From: Podarcis bocagei
Lineage: Eukaryota
NCBI GenBank assembly: GCA_964188305.1
Contig: OZ076885.1
Reading direction: 5' to 3' (one strand)
Length of the DNA stretch: 64,000 nt
The notes beneath the pieces are model-generated. The model did no database searches, was not told the origin of the DNA, and saw nothing but the letters and a program-made list of their open reading frames with translations. The translations under genes were made by a program, and so were the position numbers. Positions 11,864 through 24,765 of this stretch are shown piece after piece; within the stretch, counting starts at the first letter, position 1, and each line of letters starts with the position of its first letter.

Positions 11864-12052
11864 GTATTATTATTATTTAAATTCATATACCACCCTTCAT
11901 CTGAAGATCTCAGGGTTTCACAGCATAAAGTACAAGATAAAAACACAAAATACATACTAAAACTAAAAGAAAAGAAAACAATAACACCCCCAAACACATT
12001 TAAAAGGATATATAGGATGTTAATAAGCCAAAAGCCTGGTTGAAGAGGAAAA
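11864..12052 (-). mobile_element. L2-type LINE 3' tail
   Basis: (ATT)n followed by AAATTCATATACCACCCTTCATC.GAAGATCTCAGGG..TCACA; the reverse complement of the 1700-1890 tail. Confidence 0.75.
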
Positions 12053-13476
12053 TATAAAAAGATGCACAAACCCAGTTATAAAACTGCCCAGTTTGAACAG
12101 ACAGCTATAAGAGATTCAAATATTTTGACTGATGAAACTTGCATTCTTACTGCTTACTGGTGCAATAAGATATATAAAATTTGCATGCCATGTGATGCCA
12201 GCTGGGAAGATAATGCATCCAATCATGAGACCATGGGCAAATTCACACAACTTCACACAAGAACAGGCAACGTTGATAAGATAGTTTTACCAGGCTGCCC
12301 CAAAGCCAAGCACGCACACACACACAAACCCCCCACCATTTCTGGTAAGAGACATCACGGTCTCTCTAGCCATTGGCTGAGCTGCTGTGATGTCAGCCAA
12401 ATTAGCTGATCCAGTAATTGTCATTGAATGCTCATGAACATTAGATTTTAAATGAATAAATTTGCAGCATAAAGAGCATTAGGACAGATGGAGCTGTAAG
12501 CTGCTGGAGGGAAACGCTGCAGAGAATGTGTTATGAGCCCACCAATAAGTAATGGCACGGCAAACGAAAAAGATGCCCATTTTTTTGGGGGGGGGGGGAG
12601 TCCCCGCTTTTAATATATTGTTATTTCTAGTCTTGCAATTTGAAAATGTTATTTCTAGAGGATCTCAGCAGTAGCCGTGGTCTTTAAATCAAGAGGATGC
12701 GCCACACAAGCTGTACTTGAGTACCTATTAGAAGATACTGAGGAGGGACAACTTCTCAAGGGTTGAATATATTGGCTCAGTATGATACAATAGCAGAGTT
12801 TACAGTCTTTTCTTTAAAATGCTGTAATTGGCTTCTCAAAGGTACTGGAAAAGTCGTAATAGAAAAGGTCAATGGCAATATATATTTGTACAATAGTGAG
12901 ATGCATTATCTTCCCAGCTGGCATGACATGGCATGTAATTTTACACACCATGCTGCACCAGCATGTGGTAACTAAGAGAGACACTGATCTCTGCTTGCTA
13001 AAATCCCAAGAACAATTGCATGCCATCATTGTAAATGACCTGTGGATGCACAGCAGTTTACATTCACATAGGTTTGCTAATCTTTCTAACAGTATATGCA
13101 AACAAAAAGACTAATGGCGCTACAGAAGTCTGGAGACAGAAAATGGCATTCTGTTTCTATAGAAGTTTACTTTTCTTGCTGTTTCCCTCAGTTCAGACAC
13201 ATGGTTCTGGCGTGTAACTAAATGCCCATGTATTTCCATGAATTCACACTGTCTTGCTTCTTCTTGTTTTATTAATCTGGACCTGTGCATATTAACTTCC
13301 TGAGTCAAATACTCACAGCAGAAAAACAAAACAAAACAAAACAAAAGCTACATACATGATAATATATTTTCTGCATAAGAGAAGAACATTGTAAGAATTT
13401 GTAACTATGATGGAGTCCTGTGAAATCAAGCACAATATATTCTAGGACAGAAAAGGCACTGGTAAAAATGGCGAAA

Positions 13477-13625
13477 GGGCCATGCCTCAGTTGTAGAGCA
13501 TACACCTTCCTTGTGAAAGGTCCCAAGTTCAATCCTTGGGACTGCATGTTTAAAACATTGGGTAGCTAGTGATGAGAATGACCTGATGAACCCTAGATGC
13601 TGGAAAGCCACTGCCCATCACAGAA
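13477..13625 (+). mobile_element. tRNA-derived squamate SINE (tRNA-Ala-like head), degraded
   Basis: GGGCCATGCCTCAGTTGTAGAGCA...AAGGTCCCAAGTTCAATCC (A/B boxes), then CTGGAAAGCCACTGCC. Confidence 0.65.
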
Positions 13626-13964
13626 ACAGCAAATTGGGTATAAAGAAAATGAGATTAAGCTAGAGATAATGGTGCAAACTGCCATGCCTGATCCAACAGT
13701 TTTAAAAATAAGATTAGGCTACATATTGTTCTAGACTTGGATCTGATCCAAAATGTATCAAGAATTTTGAGCATCCCACACCTGACAAAGAGCATAGGCC
13801 CCTAATCTTAGACCATTGCCCTTTGACCCTTCTTCACATGTATTTGAAAGGAAGGGGCAGTTGGAAGGGCTTCATACTTGGCAAAAGAAAGGTTTTACAT
13901 CTCAGATCTTGCTATAGATATACAATATATATATAGGAATACTAGGAAGCAAGGGATTTGAAGT

Positions 13965-14003
13965 TAATAATAATAATAATAAATAATAATAATAATAATA
14001 ATA
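13965..14003. repeat. (TAA)n microsatellite
   Basis: Read directly from the sequence. Confidence 0.95.
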
Positions 14004-15166
14004 GGAGGTAACAAACAGTTATTTACCAATGCTGAGAAAAGGCCCAATCTCATATGACTATTTACATGGTAAAGGTTTGTTGGTTCACATGTTTACCTAG
14101 CCAAATGCACTTTTCACTATCATCTTCTGGGGCTCACATATCTGCTAAAATATGCCACATCTCATAGCTTCTCATAGCTCTACCAAAACTAAAGTATCCT
14201 AAGAGATGATAAATTTCACATTGTCTTGCCTACTGAAGGCTTTCTTGGTGTATAATTTTTTCTTAATTCATTCCAGATCCCTTGTAAATTGTAAAACTGT
14301 CATCACATTCTGGTGAATTTCCCCCCCCCCCCCATTTAATAATTATAATATCACTTCCATCTAATCCTGGAGAAACACCACATATTAATGAAGTACTATA
14401 GTGAAGATGGTCTGTTGCGGCTATCAGAGCCCTTCAGTCTAGTGGAGCCTTTTAGCAATAGAACAGAAGTTCATAGTTTGCCTCATCCATTTGGCCTTGT
14501 AGAGCTCATCTGTGGTATTTCAGCTTCTCAGGTTCCTACACACGTAGGTTAGAGGAAATGTTGCTGATGATCAGCAAAACAGTGAAAGTGCCTATACATA
14601 AAATGTTAAGGTAGAGTAATTTCTCATCGCCATAGTAAGTGAAAACATTTTCAAACTGACAGTGTCCTTTTAAAAAACAGGCTGCACAAGGATTTTGCCC
14701 AAGACTGTGAAAAATTGGTTTTCAAACCATGATAGTTATTTTAATGCTTTAGTGTGCATTGGTAAGTACTGCATAATCTGTCTCTAAACAATAATAATAT
14801 GTTAAACAGTAACCATGTAAAAAGTAAAAAAAAAAAGGTGACTTAAAATATATCTTCCAGTCTCTCTGAAGCAAAGCAAATTTTAAATAACTTGACATCC
14901 ACATTCAGTGTTAATACCCCCATAAAACACAAGCCAGTACCACCCCAGGTGTGTGAGTGGCACCAGAGATGAAATTTTGTTCACTGTCTAAACACACCTG
15001 TTCCTTGAGTAATATTTTGTGGTTTCAAAAAAACCAAAAGCAATAGTATTAGATGAGAGGCTTTTTTTTTTAATGTGGCTTATTTTGAGAATCCCCCTTT
15101 TTGCAAAAATCTTCCCCTGCTGCCCCCACTTTGGCATCAGAAGCACATATGAAGGTAGGATGCTCT

Positions 15167-15370
15167 GGGGTTGTATCCAATGAAGTCATCCCATTCATGC
15201 AAGGGCTTACTCAATGGAACTTCTCCGCCTCTCCTCTCCCTGTATCACCCAAACTGCTCTGGAGGTTTGGAGAAAACCCCAGAACATGGAGTGAAGGACA
15301 GGGCGAAGCAGCTCCGTTGTGCTAGTAGAAGACCTTGCGCAAACGGGACAACTTTGTTGGGTACAACCCC
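15167..15370. mobile_element. Palindromic MITE
   Basis: TIRs GGGGTTGTATCCAA / TTGGGTACAACCCC with internal inverted similarity. Confidence 0.75.
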
Positions 15371-15446
15371 CTATACTCAAAGACAATCGCAAAATTCATA
15401 AAGAACAGTTTTATTTCTCTAACATTTTGTTTTAAAATCTGTATTA

Positions 15447-15530
15447 GGGCAATGCCTTTACTAGGCCAACCAAAATGTCACAAAATAGTGTGGAAGCTTT
15501 CGAATTCCCTGGAACTCTTCATCAGGGTAG
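15447..15530 (-). mobile_element. Penelope-like terminal fragment with hammerhead core
   Basis: Minus strand CTGATGAAGAGTTCCAGGGAATTCGAAAGCTT...TTGGTTGGCCTAGTAAAGGCATTGCCC. Confidence 0.6.
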
Positions 15531-16611
15531 GTGGTAAACAAAGCACAGGGCAGGAGGCTGGCTGCGGGTGAAGCCATTGAGTCTGTGTCTAGTCAAAGCC
15601 TTAAGATAGAATTTGAGCAAACACTCAAATGAGGCATTTTCATTTGTTTTCTGTAGTAGCACAGTAGTACATTAAACTTCTTCATACCATGCACATTCTG
15701 ATATTCTGGACACTTTTCATTCATACTTCAAACCACCAAAATGTTTCAGTAAATGTCCTAGTAGAATTTTACATTGTATTTTTAATTTCTATTCCGCCCC
15801 CCCAATAAAAAAGTCACCAAATGGCTACAGCTATTCTAAAGGAAAGGTTATTAAAATCCCTCGTGATATCTGAAAAGCAACAGGTTTTATATTTCACTAA
15901 AACTCTCTTCAATAATGCTTTAATTGCTACAATGCCGGAATTCACAGGCATCATGTACCGAATCCTTTAACATTTACTTAACAGGATGTCGAGCACCCTG
16001 ACCTCAACGGGAGCTCTCAGATCTAAAATGTGTTTGTCAGAACATATTAAAATTGCAATGTAGACAGGGCATTTAGTATTTAACATAATGCTAGTCAAGA
16101 TGGACTTTAGCATTCACAATATCACACACTGAGTGCAATTAATCCGAGGTGCAGCAGGGATAGGAACTATTACCACCCCTTCAGCATGTCTTCACAGTCA
16201 CTATTACAGAATATGCACAAGCTGTTCCCACCTCCTCCTAAAAAAACAAGACCAAGATGGTGGAAAAATCCACTGCTTTTTAGCCACACAAGACTGATCA
16301 GAGATTGTTACATTGTAAATTATAAAATGTAGATTCACACATACAATGTTATATTGCAGTAACTTCCAAAGTAAATTATGTTCATTACTTAATTTCTTTA
16401 CCAGCCTTAAATTTCCAATCCAGGTGGGATGGGGGTTAACAAAACAATGTTATACCCCAGCAAAAAAGAAGAAGCACAAGCTCACTCTCCACTTGCACCA
16501 TTCCTGGAACTTCCCACAGCACTGTACTACATTTTCTCTGCTTTGGAAATGCAATGCCGCCCTTGGCTCTTTTTGCAGGAAGGGCAGGATCAATAATAAA
16601 TAAGCGTGGAA

Positions 16612-16783
16612 CGGCCATAGATCACTAGTGAAGTGCATATTTTGCATACAGAAGTTCCCATGTTCAATCTTTGGCATCTGGTAGGCCGGGGGAGACATGC
16701 AACTCTGGAGTGCTTCCAACAGACAGCATAGACCACACTGAGTTAAATGGATCTAACTCACTATAAAGCAGTTTCCCATGTTA
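16612..16783 (+). mobile_element. tRNA-derived squamate SINE, same family as 13477
   Basis: GGCCATAG...TTTTGCATACAGAAG.TCCCA.GTTCAATC...TAGACCACACTGAGTTAAATGGA...AAAGCAGTTTCCCATGTT. Confidence 0.7.
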
Positions 16784-17581
16784 CTAACATGGGTCTCTGG
16801 CTGAGATTTCTGTTTTGCTCACATCTACTGGCTATATAGAAAGGTATTTCATTTCCATGGAGCATTAAGAGTGATTTTCCTCTGTCTATTATAGTATCAT
16901 TACTCTGATCACCACCTCACCATAGAGGGGAAATCCTGTTGACTTTCTTTTCCCAAGATCAAACTCATCAATTTCCCCTATTTCCGCTCAAGTTGATGGA
17001 GTGGTGAAATTAACTGAGCCTTACCAAAATGAGCTTCATGGCCATGTCAATTTCAGGAAACTTTTAAAAGTATGTCAGATGGTGGGGCTGTGCAAAGAGG
17101 GGAGTGGTTTTCTTATGAATATTTCAAACTTTTAAAATCAAAGCAGCAAACAGCAACACAAAGAAAAGAAAAGAAAAGCTGGCAGTATGACGCAGCAGGA
17201 TTTCTTGCACATGCATTGCAGTTATTTCCTGTAGTAAATAACAATTTGCATGTGAAAAACAAATATCACAGATTTATCACTCAATACTGAGCTTTCATTT
17301 GACCCAGCAGCAACTGAAATGTCCTCAACGGATAAAGTTCACATATTTATTTCAGAATGATCAAATAGAATGATCATGACTGCATCAACAAGTTTTAAAT
17401 TTATTTTTATTTTGTTTTGTTTTCTTATTCACCAACAGCCAGTGCAAAATGGCAAGGAGGCTTAGAAGAGTGAATATCACATTACAACCACTAGTACACA
17501 GCCTTGGGGAATGAATTTGCTTTTAATTTGTAGAGGCATGCTCTAAGGGTTGTTCAAGTATTATCAATGTTTAACATTCAT

Positions 17582-17660
17582 CCTGAAGAGCAGCTCTGGA
17601 AAACTCAAAAGCTTGCTGGCTTGTAACTGTTTAACGGGTCCCAATAAAGGTGTTACCTTT
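17582..17660 (+). mobile_element. Degenerate Penelope-like terminal fragment
   Basis: CTGAAGAGCAGCTCTGGAAAACTCAAAAGCTTGC...GGTCCCAATAAAGGTGTTACC. Confidence 0.5.
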
Positions 17661-19438
17661 CTATAGATTTTGGATTTTATCTAAACTTTTTGCATGATAA
17701 AAGTAGATGCCTTTCTGGCAATTATATTTATATTTTGTCACACTATTTATTTATGACCTCCACCAGATGAAAATAATCATTTCCCCTTTCTTTAACCTAA
17801 TAACACCAACCCAAATTCCTCCCAAGGCCCCAAACCTTCCATGTTCTAAACATTAATTCCTAACCCAATGTACTGTCTTGCCTCTCAGATAGAAAACTCA
17901 GACCTCAAATTCCCCATATTATTTCTCTATCTCTCACAAGGGAGGTACACCCACCCACACCCTCAACATATACACACAGGTCATGACATTTCCTCAGTTC
18001 ATATTATATTATTTCACATCCCACTACTCCACACAGACAATCTTTCCACATCAAAGGACCAAACATATAAAATGCAGACTGTGTTCTAGAAGCCTATAAT
18101 ATGCATAGAAGTTCTACATAAATGAGCACAATCCAGCCAAAGTTAACAGTGATTGCAATGGGAGAGATATAAGTATGTACCTCTTTCGCTGCCCCATAAC
18201 CCGCTCTGTAAGAGATAGATTTCTTCCAGAGTTGCTGAAAGGACAAGAGCACTGGTCAAATTTACAGAAAAATTGACTTCCTATTTGCAAATAACAATGA
18301 CAAGATCATTCAAAAACTGGCAGTGTTCACAATAGCTTTGGCCTAAGCTAAACAAATGTATATAGATCCCCATGTCTTTTATCTGCAGTACTGTACAGGC
18401 AATTTTTAATATTTGTGCAGGTCAATGAACTCGTGAAAGAATTTCATGATGTTTATTTCAGTCATGTTTTCACGTTCTTTCCAACCATATCCTTCATTTA
18501 ATTCCTGAAGTTGGTTTTATGTTTTTGTAAAAAATTACCTGGGTGCAAATTTGTCTTGCGTGTTTACCAATACCCTGCTCAAAAACCCCACAACTTTATA
18601 ACACATTGCATAATATTTGCAACAGCTCATAATAGGACAAATAAATATTTATTCTTCACTTTTCCACTGAAATCAGTGAAACAAAGTGTTTAGCTGTGGC
18701 TGGATATGCTCAATACATATAATTATTCGTATAAAATATTAGCACTGTACAAATGGAAAACCAAACAGCATATAAGAGACAACACTATAAACATAATATT
18801 TTGGGCTGCTTTGACTGGAAGATATAAGTAAAAAAGCCAAAATGTGTTTTTTTTTTTGGGGGGGGGGCGATTACCTTGCAAATATGCAGAGCTAAAAAGG
18901 AATAAAAATGTTACCAGCCAATTCATAACTAGTATCCTAACTAACTCATGAACTTTTAGGTTAATCATTTTTATGCATCTAAAGCCAAAATCCAACTTTC
19001 TGCAGAAGGCCTACCCTCCTCCATGCCAGAAGAAACCTGCAAACAGGGTTTTTAAATAGTGCAGTGTGAAGGAGAAAAAAGTTCAGTGAAGCAGCAGCGT
19101 CATGACACTCAGAATATGGTGAAAACAGCTTCCAAGAAGTCTACTATCTAATGGCCTTTGATGTTTACTGTACACTTGCAGCTTCATTACAACACTTAGC
19201 AAGCATCTGCCAAGATGGTAGGACTGAAAGGAAAGAGATAAAAACCCACCTTTGCCTCAAAATGGGGGCAGGGGAGATCAGATATGCCCATTCTTTTGTC
19301 AGAAAGACAAAAGTTGTTGACAAGGACAAAAGGAGATCTAGAAGCATAGCTATAATTAAAACTATTACTGATCCCCAGGGGAAAAAATCCTGGCAAATCT
19401 AAAAGCAAATGGAGGCATGACAAATATATACACACATA

Positions 19439-19655
19439 AAGTGGTACCTCTGGTTATGAACTTAATTCATCCGTTCTTAACCTGAAACCGTTCTTAACCT
19501 GAAGCACCACTTTAGCTAATGGGGCCTCCCACCGCTACCGCACCACCACCGCACGATTTCTCTTCTTATCCTGAGGTAAAGTTCTTAACCCGAGGTACTA
19601 CTTCTGGGTTAGCGGAGTCTGTATCCCGAAGTGTTTGTAACCTGAGGTACCACTG
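19439..19655 (-). mobile_element. Tc1/mariner-type MITE
   Basis: TA-flanked TIRs (A)AGTGGTACCTC / GAGGTACCACTG. The body is the reverse complement of the 23360 copy. Confidence 0.9.
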
Positions 19656-21984
19656 TACATACAAATGTGTGCATGTGCACACACATTGGTAAAATGTTTT
19701 AGACAAATGTGAAACCTCACTTCCAAGATTTGGACTCTTATCATATTTTGCTTGCTGTCATCTAGTGTGTAACACAACATAAAGAGTAACCAGAAGATTT
19801 ACAATCCAAAGATGAAGATTTTACTTTGCCATGGTGAATTCACTTCATAAAACAGAGAGAGAACACTTCAGTAGAAAATGTTGGCAGACCTCTTGGGAGT
19901 AACAGGGCCCATTAATTTATATGACATGCTGCCCTGTTTCTCTTATAGAGGCCCATAGGAGGAGTTTGCTACCCTGAGCTTTTACTTAGGTCCCTAATGA
20001 AAATAAAAATGTTTTCAGCCCGTTAGTTGGGCACTTTAAACTATCATGCATGCCTTTCTTTGTATGTCCACCTCCCACCCCTGCAATTTTTTTAAAAAAC
20101 AAATATTACCTCTAAGTATATATGTCTAATACGATTCAAAATTTATAAGATGCAATTGAAACAGCACAAGTGACACACACTTCAGTGTGCTGTTATTGGG
20201 TGCAATGGATACCCTAAAGTACACAAAAGTCAAGAATCACACTGCTGCTATTGCAACCTTTTCTACAAGCAATATTATGATGTGTTAGTGTATTTTTCAA
20301 TGCAAAAAGTGAATGTTTAATGGGAACAAAACCCCTTAAGTCCCTACTGGTCTTTTCATGGATTTGTTTGCTTTTGCTGTGTGTGCTTTTCTGCAGCCCC
20401 AACAACCTGCTGCTATATGGCTGTTTTTAGGGGTTCTCCCTAGCTAGCCAAATCAGCAGTCACTCAGGGCAAACAAAAGCATGTCTTCACTGTCCTTTCT
20501 CTGAAGGTGTGGGTGAGAAAGGAGAAACTATAATGTGGATCAGAGAGCCAAAGGAAAGGAGAGACTATGATTTGTATCAGAGATCCTGTGAGCAGAACTC
20601 TGTCCATGGGCTGCGCCTACTTGCAGAAAGGATATTTTCAGATCCCCCTTCACTGCCCAAAAAAATCTCAAGAGCTGTCTGACCCCCTTCACCATGGCAG
20701 GGCAGGGGCAAGCAAGATTGTAGAGTCCAACTCCACCTTTCTGTGGTTTCACAATTAGAGTTAAGTAACATGAGAGGGAAGTCAGGATCAGGGTTGTAGC
20801 CTGGGTAGGCTAAAAACAGCATTTATGCAGTGCACTCTTTGTTAGATGAGATTATGTAATCCATAATGATTTAAAGCTCTAATGTCCTCCAGGCACTGCC
20901 ACCTACCCCATGTGTGGCCCCTGAAATGGTCAGTTCTGTATCTGGCTGTTAGTCAATTGAAAGAAAGGAGTTGTTAACATTTAATCACCACAGAATCAGA
21001 TGGCTTAAAACAAGGTAAAAAAAAATGTCATTTTGGCAAAACAGTCAAGGCAGCAAAAAAGCATGAATTGTGCCAGGAAAGGCCAATTGTCAAAAAAATT
21101 GGCTAAATGTCCTTCTGTTTCAGACAATAGCTTATAAAGAAATTAAGAGTCAGTTAAACTAATTCACTTTAGAGGAGCTTGCCATCATAAGGCTGACAGA
21201 ATTCCAGTAGTTCAATAGTGAGACACAGAAACTGTCAATGGTCCCTCAAGCAATTAATTTTCTCCCAGCTCTTCAGAACTGCATTTCAAGAAGTATTTGC
21301 AGGATCCGACCCAACCTTACCAGGAAATGCCCAAACAAAACAGTGCTGCCACATCCTAAGCCTTATCAGAAAGTTGAAAGTAGTGACCCACTAAGAGAGA
21401 AAACACTAAGCAATATTTTAATTACGTGCTTCATAATAACTACTAAAAAAAAATTAAACTCAAACTAATCACACTTGTTACCTAACTCAGATTTAGACTT
21501 CTGTAGGTGCAGAGTGAAATATTTAGTTCATTATCTATATACAATGCATACTAGAAATAGCTGCTTACATAAAACAAAAGTATAGGGTCCAATTCTTACA
21601 TGCAAACAGTGACATGGAGGCTGTTCAAAACTCACAAGTTTATATAGTCTGCCAGATGGGTCAAACAAAAATAAGACGATATGGGAAACTGATATACATA
21701 TTTAAACAAACAAAGTCCTCAACTCATGGTTTGTAGCCTGACCTGAAGTGGGTTGCAAATGGAAGTTAGGGATGGGGTGCTGGTCATGGGCACAAACAAT
21801 CAATATGGTAGTAGTAGAATGTGTGTAGAATAAAAGCTCCCCCCACTTGAAAATAGCTTCCAGATAGTCTTGAAGAAGCTGGCCTTTCAAAATTGTTAGG
21901 AAAAGGGTATGTTACACTTGACTATAGCACCTTCTGCATACAGGATAGCCAGAACAAGCTTCTAAAAAGGGATATTGTTAAGAC

Positions 21985-22130
21985 AGAGAAGGCACAGAAA
22001 ATGACCATTTAAATAATGACAAGGATGGAACAATTCTGCTGTTGAGGAAAAGTTACAACAGGGGTAGCTAACATGATACCCTTCTGGATGTTTTGGAGCA
22101 CAGCTCTAATCAAACCCAGCCAGCATGGGT
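21985..22130 (+). mobile_element. CR1 fragment followed by a partial hAT MITE (CAGGGGTAGC... from ~22059)
   Basis: GGATGGAACAATT...TGAGGAAAAGTTACAA, then CAGGGGTAGCTAACATGATACCCTTCTGGATGTT...CCCAGCCAGCATGG. Confidence 0.5.
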
Positions 22131-23359
22131 AAAACACTATACTATTTTAATATCCAAATTTATTGTGGTGTGGAAATTTTTTTAATGGAGAGCAACTTTC
22201 ATAGTAAACGTGAGAATGCAATTCATACCTAGAATCCAATCTTAAGTGAGTGCAATCGAGAGAAAGGCAATTGTAGTTGGTTTCAGTGGAATTAATTTCA
22301 ATGGATTCAGTTCATACAGACATTTCTTTAAGACAAGGTCCTTTTAATAAAATGAACTGGGAAGCTCTTCTGGGCATGAGTAGGAACTCCCATACCCATA
22401 AAGCAAATGTTATCAGGACATTAGTAGTTAGGATCAGGGTATTAATCCTTTGATTTAGCTACAAAACAGATCTTATTGAAATAACTTGTGAATATGTTCC
22501 TATGTGCTTGGTCATCCCATCCGTTAGGGGGAGGGGGGGAAACAAATAGGGAGAACGCAAATTTGCAATGCACAAAGTGTACAGTGTACAGTGTTTACAT
22601 AGGATAATAATTATCTAGCCAGATCTACTACCATGCAGCGGATTTTACGTTCTTTGGGGGATTCTAGGTGTGTTTTTCAAAAGGCCATTCATGAAACTAT
22701 ATTAGAGGTGTCTGGCTTCTATTAATGTTATGTCCTTTGACATCCAGTCAGAGAAAGATAAAAGATGGCATTAACTTCTCACAGTGGAGTGAAATGAACA
22801 TGTTAAAAGAAATGAGCAAATACTAAATAGATGTGCAATGCAAGGTGACCCAGTCGACTTTAACAGAGTACCAAAATATAATCAAATAAAACCTATGATC
22901 TTTAGACTGGAAAAATGGTGAGCCAGGAAGGCAAACACAATTTTTAAATCTGCAAAGACCAACTGAAATAAATCATGCATAAATTGTAACATGCAGCTGA
23001 GTCCGCTACAACCACTTGATCCTTGCAAGGGCATCAATATTGAAAGGGTGAGCTTGAGTCAGGGTGAGCTCAGCTTTCCTTGGAACATCATCCCTCCTGC
23101 TACTCACTCTCTCCAGATTATACAAACCACAGAAGCATCAATGCAAACAATCTATTATATACAAAGTGAAACTGCACTCTATTTCCCTCCATCACTCTCT
23201 GTCTAGTAAGCCAAACAGCTAGCTGTTTTGTTGAAGATAGCCACCAGCAAACCTGTTTGAAACTGGGAATGGGCCTTCTTCTGCCCAAAAGCACCATTCT
23301 TAGATTCACCTACTTTTTAAGCTTATTTAAAATTTATCCTTTGCTTTTCTATTAAAATA

Positions 23360-23601
23360 CAGTGGTACCTTGGGTTACATACGCTTCAGGTTACATAAGC
23401 TTCAGGTTACAGACTCCGCTAACCCAGAAATATTACCTCAGGTTAAGAACTTTGCTTCAGGATGAGAACAGAAATCATGCTCCGGTGGCGCGGCAGCAGC
23501 AGGAGGCCCCATTAGCTAAAGTGGTGCTTCAGGTTAAGAACAGTTTCAGGTTAAGAACAGACCTCCAGAACGAATTAAGTACTTAACCCGAGGTACCACT
23601 G
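23360..23601 (+). mobile_element. Tc1/mariner-type MITE
   Basis: TA|CAGTGGTACCTTGGGTTA...TAACCCGAGGTACCACTG|TA, with internal TCAGGTTAAGAAC repeats. Confidence 0.92.
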
Positions 23602-23920
23602 TAATAACCCTAATGGCTTAAAAAATAAATACAGCAAAGTATGTCAAGAAAATGTTCCCATTCAATTGAATGGAAAACACAACATCAATTAAGACAAGAG
23701 AGGCAGCCACACTAAAACTTCAAAAGAAACATAAATAAACATCAGTTCTGAAGGATAGCCCTACCATTGTGCAGAACAAGGTGACTACCTGGAGTCAGGG
23801 TACAGTGGAGAGGGCAGAGATGGGTATGCTATGGCACCTATCCTTTGTCCCCTAAGTAAGTCTGTTGTTCTCAGATGCAGCGAAAGAAAGATGCTGTCCT
23901 GTCACCAGTGCTGAATTAAC

Positions 23921-24230
23921 TGTGACACATGTGTTGGTAACCTCACATTTGGACTATTGTAATGTGTTCTGTGTGGGGCTATTCTCTAGCAGTTAGTGCA
24001 GAACACTGCAGCCCTTATCAGGTACATATCACACTAATGCCCTCAATAATTCTGAACCTGAAAAACCATTTTCCCCTCCACTGCCCAGTAAGTTTTGCCA
24101 CAACCTGATTAGGTTGTGGTAACATGGAGGCTGGCTTTTTCACTAGTGGTATCAGTGTTTTGGAATGCCCTCCTTGCTAAAATACAAGAAACTCCATCAG
24201 TCTTGACATCCCACCAGCTCTTAAAGACAC
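23921..24230 (+). mobile_element. Old L2 LINE fragment
   Basis: Translates VTHVLVTSHLDYCNV..VGL...QLVQNTAA, then later FSLVVSVFWNAL. Confidence 0.65.
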
Positions 24231-24574
24231 AAGAGTACTTTGTGTCTTTGTGTCATAAAGTACTCCTCTCCACCTGCACATCAAGCAAAAATATCAGCTC
24301 AAATAATACCCCCAAACTATGGAACTGCTGCTTCAGAGGTAGTTCAACCCTATCCAGAACAGATTGGATCCATTTCCAAATCTCCAGAACAGTTGATCAA
24401 CTACCTTGTCTGACTAACTTTAGGATTTGTTCACTCTCATCCACCCCATCTACACTGGAAAATTTCCATGTGATAGCAAGCAGTCCTGGCAACTACCAGC
24501 AGACTTTGCATGCAATGGCAATTATTCATATAGTAATCTGCTCTAGATATTAACAGCCCCAGTATGACAAATAT

Positions 24575-24765
24575 GGGAGATATCCAATGCCCTCATTTCA
24601 TTACTACAAGATTTCCATTTGTGCAACAGAACCCTTCCTTCCTCTCTCCAAATCTATTTTGGAAGGTTGGGTGAACCCCCAGAACAGATTTAAAGGGAGG
24701 ATTAAGGGGAGGAGAGGAGAGGAGGAGAGGAGAGGAGAGGAGAGACAAAGTTCCATTGAACAGGC
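24575..24765. mobile_element. MITE related to the 15167 element, containing a (GAGAG)n expansion
   Basis: Shares CCAAA....TGGA.GGTTGG..GAA.CCCCAGAACA with the 15167 element. (GGAGA)n lies at ~24707-24744. Confidence 0.5.

Noticed and set aside
24116-24553. 145-aa ORF
   Set aside because: It starts in an L2 remnant with a non-ATG start, and the rest shows no homology.
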